A program made the position numbers and the translations under genes. From Eledone cirrhosa (Eukaryota), in NCBI GenBank assembly GCA_964016885.1, contig OZ024758.1, positions 12,958,001 to 13,022,000 on the forward strand: DNA of 64,000 bases. Reading direction: 5' to 3'. Position 1 is the first letter of the stretch. Each line of letters opens with the position of its first letter. Of this stretch, positions 1 through 13,399 are shown in pieces. The notes below the pieces were generated by a model, which made no database searches, was not told the DNA's origin, and saw only the letters and a list, made by a program, of their open reading frames with translations.

Positions 1-445
1 TCATTTAGAAGCATTGCTTGCTTCCAAGTTGAGCCCAGGCCACGCGCATTTAAACAGCCTACTCTTAGCATAGCCATGTTGGTGGTGAAGAGAAAAGGCA
101 CTTACCTCTCTGCGTCCCGGGTATCGGGCTGCACAATTTCCATTAGGGTGGGGGATGGGTTGTTGGGTGGGGTGGTGGTTTGTGGAAGTGTGGGGGCATC
201 AGTGTGTTGTGTGGTTGGGGAGCTTGGAGTTGTGAGGGTGTTTGGGGAGGGGGTGGGATAGTTTTTTAGGAGGACGCGGTTAATGGGCCCGACGCAGGGG
301 GGACCCACGTCCTCTTTAAAATTGTTTTTTAAAGTTTTATAGGTGTCCTGTGGGGCCTTAATCATTTTGAGGTGGGGGAAATCCCCTGCCTGGGTGAAGT
401 TAGGCCCTTGTGTTTTTATTAGATTGTTGTTGTACACAATGTTTA
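1..445 (-). mobile_element. 5'-truncated copy of the Tx1-like retrotransposon (ORF1 3' part 102-445, ORF2 start at 77 running off the window), joined to (GATA)n
   Basis: Nearly identical to 46491-46935 (one substitution noticed, aggacgcggt vs aggactcggt). Homology stops at ~445 and is followed by (GATA)n at 449-483. Confidence 0.95.
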
Positions 446-508
446 CAAGATAGATAGATAGATAGATAGATAGATTGATAGATATACACAAACGCTTGTG
501 TGCGTGTG

Positions 509-567
<59 letters not shown>

Positions 568-1227
568 GTGTGTGTAAGAGTTTATATATGCAAGTATGTG
601 TATACGTACGAATATTTGTGTAGGTTTTTAAATGTTATAATATCACATCGTCTTCGTGTTTATTTTATTTTTATTTTATTATTTTTATGTGTTTGGAACT
701 TCTGTTTATTTACTGGGTTTTAGCTATAGCTGGTGCTTGTTTTGGTCTTATTATTGTTTTTACTGCTTAAATACTCTTTTGTTCTGGTCAATAGCATTTC
801 TATCGGGGACGCTGCCCACGAAGAGTGAAGCCATTAACAAAATTAAAGCTCTTATTGCGAGAGAAAAATAAAATTGTTTTTCAAAAGTACAAACTTTATT
901 CATTCTACATGCATGTCATTGACTTCCAATTGTTAAGTAAATGTCTCTGTATAAAATATATCCTAAATGACAATTCCTTTCCTTTAGTTACTCCTACAAA
1001 TTCTTGTGAAATCTCGGAGTAAGTTTAAGCACGTCTAGACGTGATTTGTGGCATTCGTTTTGGTTGTCTCTACTGTGAACTGAACACAACCCGTCCAGGT
1101 CAACTTTGCCTTTCATCCATTCGAGGTCGATAAAACTGTATCAGTCCACTACTGTGATCAATTCTTCCCCTATATCTTATCGCTTTCTTACTTCCTCTTT
1201 ATCACACTATATATAGTGTGTGTGTAT

Positions 1228-1265
<38 letters not shown>

Positions 1266-1318
1266 GTTCTGGTGGCGTACGTGTCATTTGGTGAACAAAC
1301 AAATCCTCTTTCCCTCCC

Positions 1319-1402
<84 letters not shown>

Positions 1403-1444
1403 ATCTCTTTATATATATATATATATATATATTACTACAACAGA

Positions 1445-1530
1445 GGTCCGAAGAGCTTTTTGATTCCAGAGTCGGGCCAGATCAATACAGATCGAACCTT
1501 GAGCTGATCAATAGCGAAACGCGCGTCACC
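1445..1530 (+). ncRNA. Hammerhead ribozyme-like motif (type I, CCGAAGA core variant) in a short (TA)n-flanked insert
   Basis: GGU-CCGAAGA-GCUUUUUGAU...AUCAAUAGC-GAAAC-GCGC-GUC/ACC. Stem I is GGU/ACC, stem II is extended, stem III is the palindrome ACGCGCGU, and the cleavage triplet is GUC at 1525-1527. Confidence 0.6.
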
Positions 1531-1558
1531 AATCATTAACAAATCGTCCTTGTATTAC

Positions 1559-1606
<48 letters not shown>

Positions 1607-2198
1607 TTCTCTGGAAGAAACTGGCTGTCCTCATACTTAGAGATGGGCTGTACTCCGTCAGATATAAGATACCCTAGACGTGCTGTATATCACTATGACG
1701 ACATACGACTCGATCAGAAGTCACAGGTTCATCCATCCATCCATCCATCCATCCATCCATCCATCCATCCATCCATCCATTCATACATATATATAGCACC
1801 AACAAAATGGCGCTTTCGTCTGCTCCTATAATTTCAAACAAACTTTGCCTTTATTCTAGAAACAAAAACAACAAAAACCCAAATTGTTTCCGAAATTGTC
1901 GAAATTGTGTTAATGCATGCTTGTATTTAATCGTATCTGTAGTAAAGTGTTTGGTGCTTAAGGGGAAAGTCTGGGTCTGAAGTTATTCACATCTTTCAAA
2001 CTACCTACCGCGTCTCTAATAAACAAACAGCTTTTATGACAAACAACTTATACAGCTTTATAATATAGCAATATATTGCTACTTACATCCGACGCCCAAA
2101 GCATTCACAATTCTTGCAACTCGACTGCGCTTTAGTTACATACACACAAACACACGCACACACGCACGCACACGCACGCACACGCACACACAGACACA

Positions 2199-2355
<157 letters not shown>

Positions 2356-2606
2356 GTAGATAAATCTACCAAGAGTTTACGGTAGTGTCCAATCCGTATG
2401 AAGAACTCAATGTATTCCGGATATCATGGAAAGAAGAGATGTAATGAAAAATCACTTTCGGTGAAAGATAAACGGTATACAGAGTCAAGATAAAATATTA
2501 AACAAATAATGAATAAAATACATATATATATATATATACTGATGATGTTAATGTTGGTAAAACTTAAAACTACCATCATCAGCACCATCACCATCACCAC
2601 AAGAAT

Positions 2607-2666
<60 letters not shown>

Positions 2667-2778
2667 GATAGCTGTTAGTATTACTACAACCAACACCACC
2701 ACCTCAAGAATCACTCCTACTAATGATAATAATAATACCACACCACCACCACCACCACCACCACCACCACCCACACCA

Positions 2779-4830
2779 CCATGGACCCTGACACAAGCAC
2801 TTGAGAAGAAATTAGATGGTGCATACACTAACATACTTACGGTTGTTCAAAACATAAACGTATTACAAATGAAAATTGATAGAGAAACTTGCCCAAGATA
2901 ACAACTACAATTACTTATAGACGATTACAATTTACAGGAGATTACTGGAGAAGTAAGCAGGAAGTTATACACAAGGTACTATTTGGTAACCCATGAGAGA
3001 CACAGCAGATGAAGTTATACACAAGGTACTATTGTGGGAACCAACCCATGAGAGACACAGTAGAGTAAGTTATATACAAGGTACTATTTGGGAACCCATG
3101 AGAGACACAGTAGAGTAAGTTATATACAAGGTACTATTTGGGAACCCATGAGAGACACAGTAGAGGAAGTTATATGCAAGGTACTATTTGGTAACCCATG
3201 AGAGACACAGCAGAGGAAGTTATATACAAGGTACTATTTGGTAACCCATGAGAGACACAGCAGAGGAAGTTATACACACGGTACTATTGTGGGAACCAAC
3301 CCATGAGAGACACAGTAGAGTAAGTTATATACAAGGTACTATTTGGTAACCCATGAGAGACACAGTAGAGGAAGTTATATACAAGGTACTATTTGGGAAC
3401 CCATGAGAGACACAATAGAGGAAGTTATATACAAGGTACTATTTGGTAACCCATGAGAGACACAGCAGAGGAAGTTATACACAAGGTACTATTGTGGGAA
3501 CCAACCCATGAGAGACACAGTAGAGTAAGTTATATACAAGGTACTATTTGGTAACCCATGAGAGACACAGTAGAGGAAGTTATATACAAGGTACTATTTG
3601 GTAACCCATGAGAGACACAGTAGAGGAAGTTATATACAAGGTACTATTTGGGAACCCATGAGAGACACAATAGAGGAAGTTATATACAAGGTACTATTTG
3701 GTAACCCATGAGAGACACAGCAGAGGAAGTTATACACAAGGTACTATTGTGGGAACCAACCCATGAGAGACACAGTAGAGTAAGTTATATACAAGGTACT
3801 ATTTGGTAACCCATGAGAGACACAGTAGAGGAAGTTATATACAAGGTACTATTTGGGAACCCATGAGAGACACAATAGAGGAAGTTATATACAAGGTACT
3901 ATTTGGTAACCCATGAGAGACACAGCAGCAGAGGAAGTTATACACAAGGTACTATTGTGGGAACCAACCCATGAGAGACACAGTAGAGTAAGTTATATAC
4001 AAGGTACTATTTGGTAACCCATGAGAGACACAGTAGAGGAAGTTATATACAAGGTACTATTTGGGAACCCATGAGAGACACAATAGAAGAAGTTATATAC
4101 AAGGTACTATTTGGGAACCCATGAGAGACACAATAGAGGAAGTTATATACAAGGTAGTATTTGGGAACCCACGGGAGACACAGTAGAGGAAGTTATATAC
4201 AAGGTACTATTGTGGGAACCAACCAACGGGAGACACAGTAGAGGAAGTTATACACAAGGTACTATTGTGGGAACCAACCCACGAGAGATACAGTAGAGGA
4301 AGTTATACACAAGGTACTATTGTGGGAACCAACCCACGAGAGATACAGTAGAGGAAGTTATACACAAGGTACTATTGTCGGAACCAACCAACAAGAGACA
4401 CAGTAGATGAAGTTATATACAAGGTACTATTTGGTAACCCATGAGAGACACAGCAGAGGAAGTTATACACAAGGTACTATTTGGTAACCCATGAGAGACA
4501 CAGTAGAGGAAGTTATACACAAGGTACTATTGTGGGAACCAACCAACGGGAGACACAGTAGAGGAAGTTATACACAAGGTACTATTGTGGGAACCAACCA
4601 ACGGGAGACACAGCAGAGGAAGGCCTGCTCCAACCTTGATATATCAACTCTCAAAGAGATACAAACCTCAGTAGGGAACAGTTGCCAGGGGCAATGGAAA
4701 ATCACGAATTGGGGAGAGACTATGTCATGAATATTCGACTGTGGTCACAGTGATAATGATTATGAGGATGATCATGATGGTGATGATGCTGATGATGATG
4801 GTGATGATGGTGATGGTGATGATGATGATG
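2779..4830 (+). mobile_element. Degenerate RTE/RTE-X-type LINE 3' fragment with (GAT)n tail, interrupted by an internal minisatellite
   Basis: Translates as PWTLTQALEKKLDGAYTNIL...LPKITTTITYRRLQFTGDYWRSKQEVIHKVL before the array and ...WEPTNGRHSRGRPAPTLIYQL after it. This is the typical post-RT C-terminus of RTE-like ORFs. A (GAT)n tail follows at ~4750-4830. Confidence 0.75.
2958..4620 (+). repeat. 50/55-bp minisatellite, about 32 units
   Basis: Unit ccatgagagacacagtagaggaagttatatacaaggtactatttgggaac (period 50, e.g. 3351->3401), interspersed with a 55-bp variant containing attgtgggaaccaacc. Confidence 0.95.
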
Positions 4831-5133
4831 AATACTTTTTAAGATATCGGTTTATTGAGTTACGTTCATTAATTCGTTTTATTAGTATCACACCTTTTCC
4901 AAGTCATCGATACTATAGTTGAGTACATAGGGCGGTGTGATTAAACATAAAAACAGGTGCCGACATCAAAGGAAGCCGCTACTAAAGAGGACCTTTATCT
5001 TTTTAAATACCTGGGTGAAGAAGGGTGTAATCGCCTGCAGGATATTATACCACCCACAAGACAAAGGACAAATGTAAGACACGAAGACAGAAAGCAGAAT
5101 AAAATAAAACGGAAGGGAAGGTGATATCTACAT

Positions 5134-5248
<115 letters not shown>

Positions 5249-5780
5249 GAGAGAGAGATATGTAGTATAAATATATATACATATGTGTGTGTACATACGC
5301 ACACACCTATACATATATATACTGTATATATATATAGATATATAGATATACATATATATATGTATATATATATATATAAGGAAACGCATGAGGCTAACGT
5401 ATTAAACCAGACAAAAGTACTAAAACTAAAAACTAAAAAAAAAAAAAAAGAATACTAACACTACTACCGATACTACCACTAATAATAATAATAACTTTAA
5501 AAAACACGAGGGAGAAACAGGAGACAAAAGGTCTGACAAAGTGTTTAAAGTAATAAAACCTATATCAAAGATGTAACAGATTAGATAAACTATAGAAAGA
5601 AGTCATCTACTGGTGTATATAAAACATGGAGTTATGGCCGACTAGAGTTGATTTCTTACTTAGACACCAGACCACACATTTCTTCAAAATTAGTGGGTTT
5701 TTTTGTTTGTTTGGTTTTTGCAGATGTCTTGTTTATATAGGCACAAGATCTGTGATTGTAAATATGTAAATATATATATA

Positions 5781-5871
5781 TAATTGTTTCTAGATTTGTC
5801 CCAAGGCCAGCAATTACCCAGTACATTACTGGTACTTTATTTTATAGATCCCGTAAGGATGAAAGGCAAAG
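5781..5871 (-). mobile_element. tRNA-derived SINE, 3' half
   Basis: Reverse complement of ctttgcctttcatccttacggg..tataaaaataaagtaccagtaat...ctggccttg...agaaacaatta, shared with the full copies at 8536 and 27804. Confidence 0.8.
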
Positions 5872-5876
5872 TATAT

Positions 5877-6167
5877 ATATATTAGTAAAAAGGAAAAGAA
5901 AATGCTGACAAATTTTTCCCAGTGAAAAATAGCTCTAATCTGATTATAGCAAACATCACGAGCGCTCTATCTCAAAATTATTTTTGAAAAGCATTAGAAA
6001 TGCGCAACCGGTAAAAACTTAAAATTAAAACTGAATACTAACCAATACTTATTACTAATTTATACTTATTTCTAATTAAAGTATTTTTCATTGGGAAAAA
6101 TTTGTCAGCATTTTCTTTTCCTTTTTACTAATATATCACAACTCGTGTGTCACACCTCCATTTTTTT

Positions 6168-6170
<3 letters not shown>
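5877..6170. mobile_element. (TA)n-embedded fold-back insert with ~55-bp inverted arms
   Basis: attagtaaaaaggaaaagaaaatgctgacaaatttttcccagtgaaaaata (5881-) is mirrored by tatttttcattgggaaaaatttgtcagcattttcttttcctttttactaat (~6082-6132). The internal gcgcaaccggta resembles gcgaaaccggta at 17768. Confidence 0.6.
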
Positions 6171-6252
<82 letters not shown>

Positions 6253-6259
<7 letters not shown>

Positions 6260-6451
6260 TAACAGATTAAAATTTAAGCAAAGAATCGCTGCTTTCATCC
6301 TTAACAGTGAAACCAGCGATTCTTTGCTTAAACTTTAATCTGTTCTTATGATAAATACTTGTTCTTATAATAAATAGGGTTCTTGTATATTTGATATATA
6401 TTTATCCTTATCGAGGCCTCTTTGGATTTTAGTCTTCACATTTATTATTAT

Positions 6452-6455
<4 letters not shown>
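6253..6455 (+). mobile_element. (TA)n-embedded insert with a terminal palindrome centred just before GAAAC
   Basis: Arms are aacagattaaaatttaagcaaagaatcgctgctttca and tgaaaccagcgattctttgcttaaactttaatctgtt. Its 3' end (ctctttggattttagtcttcacatttattattattac) recurs at ~22450-22487. Confidence 0.6.
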
Positions 6456-6493
<38 letters not shown>

Positions 6494-7949
6494 TATCTAT
6501 CATAAAGACATATATTTTAGGCACTGTAAAAATACGATATTTTCACATTGACGATATTCCTTCTAGAACAACTCAACAGAATGTATGTCAACCTCAACTG
6601 AGAACTGAAACTGGTTTGCCGGAATTGTATTGTCGGTAAATTACTTTAAACTTTAATTTCATTCGGTACAAACATATAATATTAATAATAAACATAGGCA
6701 AATAATATCGATTTCTGACAAAGGCACAAGGTTTTTAAAGTTTTATAGGATCGGATAGTTCTTCAATGAATCACGTTGTTCATGGTTTAGTGGGAATGGT
6801 GGTCTGTCGTCGGTATGGCAAACAAAATGACGAAATGCAGTATACAGAAAATAAAGTTGTTTTTTTCTTTAAAAAAAACAACAACATAGGTTTCAAAAAA
6901 CAAAGGTTTCAAAAAAACAAAGGTTTCAAAAAAATCAAAGGTTTTAAGAAAAAAAGGTTTAAAAAACGAAGGTTTAAAAAAAGAAGGTCTAAAAAAAGCA
7001 AACGTTTTAAACAAACAAAGGTTTAAAAAAAACACCCAAGTTTGACTTGGTTACCCCATATAAAGTACCATTTGGTTTATTCAACGTAAGCTACACGTCG
7101 ACAGCAAAAGCAGCAATTGAAGATCCGCTAATGTCTGTAAATGTCGGTTACTTCTCTCAGGAGATTTTTTCCCCCTTATCTATAAAACTATGTGTGGGCT
7201 TTCATGCGTTGCCGCTTAATAACCATAATAACCTACTTGACCTTTTATACATTTGGCTCAGTGTTGTCATTACGTTATTGTTCTATGACAGCTAATGGTT
7301 TTTCATCGCTTTTGGCTCTTCTTGATGTTTCCGAATGTTGTGGGTGTTGCTGTTATTGATGTTGTTGTTGCTGTCGTTACTTCTGTTACTGCTGCTGCTG
7401 GTGATATGCTATTTGTTTCATAATGTTGTTGATATTGTTGTTATTGTTACTGTCATTGTTAGGGGTTATTTCTTTGATATTGTTGTTGTTGTTTTTATAT
7501 ATTCACCTTGCTGTAACTGTACCCGACGCAATAGATACTGTTGCTCTCTTGTCTAGGTACCCTTATCTTTTTATGTTTTTTTTTTTTTACATTGAGCTGT
7601 TGTTGATGTTGTTTGTTGTTGTTGACGTTTCTTGGCCATATATATATATTTGGAACTTTGTTGCTGATGCTGTTGTTGCTGTTGTTGTTGTTGTTGTCGT
7701 CGTTGTTGTTCTTGTTGTTATTGTTGTTGATATTGTGTTTTATTTCCTGGTGATGAGGTGGAGGAAAATGTTATATATATTATATACACACATGTATATG
7801 TTTCTATATATATATATTATATATTATATATACACACATACACACACATGTGTGTATGTGTGTATATATATTTATACACACATACACACACATACACACA
7901 GGCATATATATATATATATATATATGCCTGTGTGTATGTGTGTGTATGT

Positions 7950-8011
<62 letters not shown>

Positions 8012-8194
8012 TGTGTGTATGTGTGTGTATGTGTGTATACTTATGTACGTATATATATATATATATATACAAATCTGTAATGTATATAAAATATGTGTGT
8101 ATATATATATATGTATGTTTGTTATATTTCTTTTTATAATGACAATAGCTGAATTTTATGTTTCATTTTAAGTTTTGCTGCGTACACATATGTC

Positions 8195-8265
<71 letters not shown>

Positions 8266-8268
8266 ATG

Positions 8269-8312
<44 letters not shown>

Positions 8313-8535
8313 CATAAATACTATATATTACGTTACTCTTCAATCATGTTGTTATTGTCGTTATTATATTGTTGTTGTTGTTATTGTTGTAGTATTATTA
8401 CAGTTGTTGTTGTTGCTGTAGTATTATTACAGTTATTGTTGTTGTTATTGTTGTAGTGTTATTACCGTTGTTATTGTTGTTATGTTACATTACAGTTGTC
8501 ACATTATGTTGTTATTGATGTATTATTACTATGCT

Positions 8536-8722
8536 GGATTGGCAGTATCGGTAGAGGGTCGGACGCCATGCTTTGCCGCATAGAGTTACGGCCCTTTGTG
8601 GTCTGAGTTCAAATCCCGCCGAGGTTAACTTTGCCTTTCATCCTTACGGGGTCGATAAAATAAAGTACCAGTAATACACTGGGTGATTGCTGGCCTTGTG
8701 TCAAAAGCAGAAACAATTATTA
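8536..8722 (+). mobile_element. Full-length tRNA-derived SINE
   Basis: A-box-like tggcagtatcggta, B-box gagttcaaatccc, central ctttgcctttcatccttacggggtcgataaaataaagtaccag and (TTA)n tail. More than 10 related copies occur in the window. Confidence 0.9.
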
Positions 8723-8810
8723 TTATTTTTGTTAGTAGTAGTAGTAGTAGTGGTGGTGGTGGTGGTGGTGGTGGTGGTGGTGGTGGTGGTGGTGGTGGTG
8801 GTGGTGGTGG

Positions 8811-11450
8811 TGCTGATGGTATTGGTGGTGGTGTTAGTGGTTGGGATGATGGTGGTGATGGTGATGGTATTGGTGGTGGTGTGAGTGGTTGGGACGATGG
8901 TGGTGATGGTGATGGTATTGGTGGTGGTGTGAGTGGTTGGGATGATGGTGGTGATGGTGATGGTATTGGTGGTGGTGTGAGTGGTTGGGATGATGGTGGT
9001 GATGGTGATGGTATTGGTGGTGGTGTGAGTGGTTGGGACGATGGTGGTGATGGTGATGGTATTGGTGGTGGTGTGAGTGGTTGGGATGATGATGGTGATG
9101 GTGATGGTATTGACGGTGGTGTTAGTGGTTGAGATGATGGTGGTGATGGTGATGGTATTGGTGGTGGTGTGAGTGGTTGGGATGATGGTGGTGATGGTGA
9201 TGGTATTGGTGGTGGTGTGAGTGGTTCTGATGATGGTGGTGATGGTGATTGTATTGGTGGTGGTGTGAGTGGTTGGGATGATGGTGGTGATGGTGATGGT
9301 ATTGGTGGTGGTGTGAGTGGTTGGGACGATGGTGGTGATGGTGATGGTATTGGTGGTGGTGTGAGTGGTTGGGATGATGATGGTGATGGTGATGGTATTG
9401 GTGGTGGTGTGAGTGGTTGGGACGATGGTGGTGATGGTGATGGTATTAGTGGTGGTGTGAGTGGTTGGGATGATGGTGGTGATGGTGATGGTATTGGTGG
9501 TGGTGTGAGTGGTTGGGATGATGGTGGTGATGGTGATGGTATTGGTGGTGGTGTGAGTGGTTGGGACGATGGTGGTGATGGTGATGGTATTGGTGGTGGT
9601 GTGAGTGGTTGGGATGATGATGGTGATGGTGATGGTATTGGTGGTGGTGTGAGTGGTTGGGACGATGGTGGTGATGGTGATGGTATTGGTGGTGGTGTGA
9701 GTGGTTGGGATGATGATGGTGATGGTGATGGTATTGGTGATGGTGTTAGTGGTTGGGATGATGGTGGTGATGGTGATGGTATTGGTGGTGGTGTGAGTGG
9801 TTGTGATGATGATGGTGATGGTGATGGTATTGGTGGTGGTGTGAGTGGTTGGGACGATGGTGGTGATGGTGATGGTATTGGTGGTGGTGTGAGTGGTTGG
9901 GATGATGATGGTGGTGATGGTGATGGTATTGGTGGTGGTGTGAGTGGTTGGGATGATGGTGGCGATGGTGATGGTATTGGTGGTGGTGTTAATGGTTGGG
10001 ATGATGATGGTGATGGTATTGGTGGTGATGATAGTGGTTGGGATGATGGTGGTGATGGTGATGGTATTGGTGGTGGTGTGAGTGGTTGTGATGATGGTGG
10101 TGATGGTGATGGTATTGGTGGTGGTGTGAGTGGTTGTGATGATGATGGTGATGGTGATGGTATTGGTGGTGGTGTGAGTGGTTGGGACGATGGTGGTGAT
10201 GGTGATGGTATTGGTGGTGGTGTGAGTGGTTGGGATGATGGTGGTGATGGTGATGGTATTGATGGTGGTGTTAGTGGTTGGGATGATGATGGTGATGGTG
10301 ATGGTATTGGTGGTGGTGTGAGTGGTTGTGATGATGGTGGTGATGGTGATGGTATTGGTGGTGGTGTTAATGGTTAGGATGATGATGGTGATGGTGATGG
10401 TATTGGTGGTGGTGTGAGTGGTTGTGATGATGGTGGTGATGGTGATGGTATTGGTGGTGGTGTGAGTGGTTGTGATGATGGTGGTGATGGTGATGGTATT
10501 GGTGGTGGTGTGAGTGGTTGGGATGATGGTGGTGATGGTGATGGTATTGGTGGTGGTGTGAGTGGTTGTGATGATGGTGGTGATGGTGATGGTATTGGTG
10601 GTGGTGTGAGTGGTTGGGATGATGGTGGTGATGGTGATGGTATTGGTGGTGGTGTGAGTGGTTGTGATGATGGTGGTGATGGTGATGGTATTGGTGGTGG
10701 TGTGAGTGGTTGGGATGATGGTGGTGATGGTGATGGTATTGGTGGTGGTGTGAGTGGTTGTGATGATGGTGGTGATGGTGATGGTATTGGTGGTGGTGTT
10801 AATGGTTGGGATGATGATGGTGATGGTGATGGTATTGGTGGTGGTGTGAGTGGTTGTGATGATGGTGGTGATGGTGATGGTATTGGTGGTGGTGTGAGTG
10901 GTTGGGATGATGGTGGTGATGGTGATGGTATTGGTGGTGGTGTGAGTGGTTGTGATGATGGTGGTGATGGTGATGTTATTGGTGGTGGTGTGAGTGGTTG
11001 GGATGATGATGGTGGTGATGGTGATGGTATTGGTGGTGGTGTGAGTGGTTGGGATGATGGTGGCGATGGTGATGGTATTGGTGGTGGTGTTAATGGTTGG
11101 GATGATGATGGTGATGGTGATGGTATTGGTGGTGATGATAGTGGTTGGGATGATGGTGGTGATGGTGATGGTATTGGTGGTGGTGTGAGTGGTTGGGATG
11201 ATGGTGGTGATGGTGATGGTATTGGTGGTGGTGTGAGTGGTTGGGATGATGGTGGTGATGGTGATGGTATTGGTGGTGGTGTGAGTGGTTGGGATGATGG
11301 TGGTGATGGTGATGGTATTGGTGGTGGTGTGAGTGGTTGGGATGATGATGGTGATGGTGATGGTATTGGTGGTGGTGTGAGTGTTTGGGATGATGATGGT
11401 GATGGTGATGGTATTGGTGGTGGTGTGAGTGGTTGGGATGATGGTGGTGA
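8811..11450. repeat. 48-bp GT-rich minisatellite, about 55 units
   Basis: Unit attggtggtggtgtgagtggttgggatgatggtggtgatggtgatggt (8821->8869), continuing from a (GGT)n tract. Confidence 0.95.
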
Positions 11451-11802
11451 TGCTGGTTGTGATGTGAGTGGTTACCATAGTGGTTGTGGTGGTGGCAGCG
11501 GTGACATATGAGAAAATGGCGGTGGTGGTGTTAGAAGGGAGGGTGTGCTAGAAGGAGGGTGGTGTTGTTAGTGTGGTGGTGGTGTTAGGGTGGTTGTGAC
11601 GACGGTGACATATGAGAAGATGGCGGTGGTGGTGCTAGAAGGGGGGGGGGTTAAGATGGCGGTGTTGTTCCTCTTCCTGACGTCATTTAATGACGTATTT
11701 TGTTAGAGCTTCAAGAGAGACAATAAAAACACCGACCAGCGACTTTTGTAGCTGTGTGTGTATATATGTGTGTATGTGTGTGTATGTGTGTGTGTATGTG
11801 TA

Positions 11803-11837
<35 letters not shown>

Positions 11838-11909
11838 ATGTATGTGTGTGTGTGTGAGGATGTGTGAGAGTATGGTGTGTGTGTGTGCGTTTGTGAGGAT
11901 ACGGTGTGT

Positions 11910-12835
11910 GTTTGTGAAGGTATGTGGGTGTATGTGGGGATATGATGTGTGTGTGTGAAGGTATGTGTGTGTATGTGAGGATATGGTGTGTGTTTGTGAA
12001 GGTATGTGTGTGTATGTGAGGATATGTGTGTGTTTGTGAAGGTATGTGTGTGTATGTGAGGATATGTGTGTGTGTGTGAAGGTATGTGTGTGTATGTAAG
12101 GAAATGTGTGTGTTTGTGAAGGTATGTGTGTGTATGTGAGGATATGTGTGTGTGTGTGAAGGTATGTGTGTGTATGTGAGGATATGTGTGTGTGTGTGAA
12201 GGTATGTGTGTGTATGTGAGGATATGTGTGTGTTTGTGAAGGTATGTGTGTGTATGTGAGGATATGGTGTGTGTGTGTGAAGGTATGTGTGTGTATGTGA
12301 GGATATGTGTGTGTTTGTGAAGGTATGTGTGTGTATGTGAGGATATGGTGTGTGTGTGTGAAGGTATGTGTGTGTATGTGAGGATATGTGTATGTTTGTG
12401 AAGGTATGTGTGTGTATGTGAGGATATGTGTGTGTGTGTGAAGGTATGTGTGTGTATGTGAGGATATGGTGTGTGTGTTTGTGAAGGTATGTGTGTGTAT
12501 GTGAGGATATGGTGTGTGTGTGTGTGTGAAGGTATGTGTGTGTATGTGAGGATATGGTGTGTGTGTGTGAAGGTATGCGTGTGTATGTGAGGATATGTGT
12601 GTGTTTGTGAAGGTATGTGTGTGTATGTGAGGATATGATGTGTGTGTGTGAAGGTATGTGTGTGTATGTGAGGATATGTGTGTGTTTTAGAAGGTATGTG
12701 TGTGTATGTGAGGATATGGTGTGTGTGTGTGTGAAGGTATGTGTGTGTATGTGAGGATATGGTGTGTATGTGTGTGAAGGTATGTGTGTGTATGTGAGGA
12801 TATGTGTGTCTTTGTGAAGGTATGTGTGTGTATGT
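11910..12835. repeat. ~40-bp (GT)-derived minisatellite
   Basis: Unit gtgaaggtatgtgtgtgtatgtgaggatatgtgtgtgttt with variable GT run length. Confidence 0.9.
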
Positions 12836-13027
12836 GGCGATATGTGAGTGTGTTTGAGAGGGTGCGGTGTGTGTGTTGCACATATATATATGTGTGCGTA
12901 TGTGTGCGTATCTGTGTGCTTATGTGAGGGTACTGTGTGTGACTGCAAACGTACGTATCTATATGTGTGTGTATGTGAGGATATGTGTGCGTGTGCGTAA
13001 GATGTGTTTGTTGCGACAGTTGCCTTT

Positions 13028-13073
<46 letters not shown>

Positions 13074-13322
13074 TAATAATAATGTTACTCATGGGTGTAC
13101 ATTACAAGGGCCAACGATGTGACGAGGCGACGTGGGCGATCACAGCGCCGCCAGACCACACACAGGTGAATCAAAGAAACAAATAATCCACGTATAGTAA
13201 CTTTGTTGACTGGGCGACAACCAGAGACACTTCATTTATCATTACTTCTGCTCAGCCATTTGTTTCTCCAATAACATTACTTAAAGAGAACTTACTTCGT
13301 TCTTCATACGTGTATACATATA

Positions 13323-13366
<44 letters not shown>

Positions 13367-13399
13367 TATGTGTGTATGTATATGTATATGTATATATAT

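Noticed and set aside
2958-4620. CRISPR-like regular array
   Set aside because: No unique spacers, eukaryotic context, and the units derive from a LINE.
6766-7035. Lys-rich ORF resembling a protamine or histone tail
   Set aside because: Degenerate ~18-20-bp A-rich tandem (aaaaaacaaaggttt) with no gene structure.
8536-8620. tRNA gene
   Set aside because: It has A/B boxes but no proper cloverleaf and continues into a dispersed SINE body.
8701-11478. 925-aa Thr/Ile ORF and Gly/Asp ORFs resembling mucin or cuticle/shell proteins
   Set aside because: They arise from a triplet-based minisatellite that is open in several frames. The plus frame has internal stops and there is no signal peptide or splice evidence.
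11683-13092. His/Thr-rich ORFs of 390-469 aa
   Set aside because: Translation of (CA)n-derived repeats.
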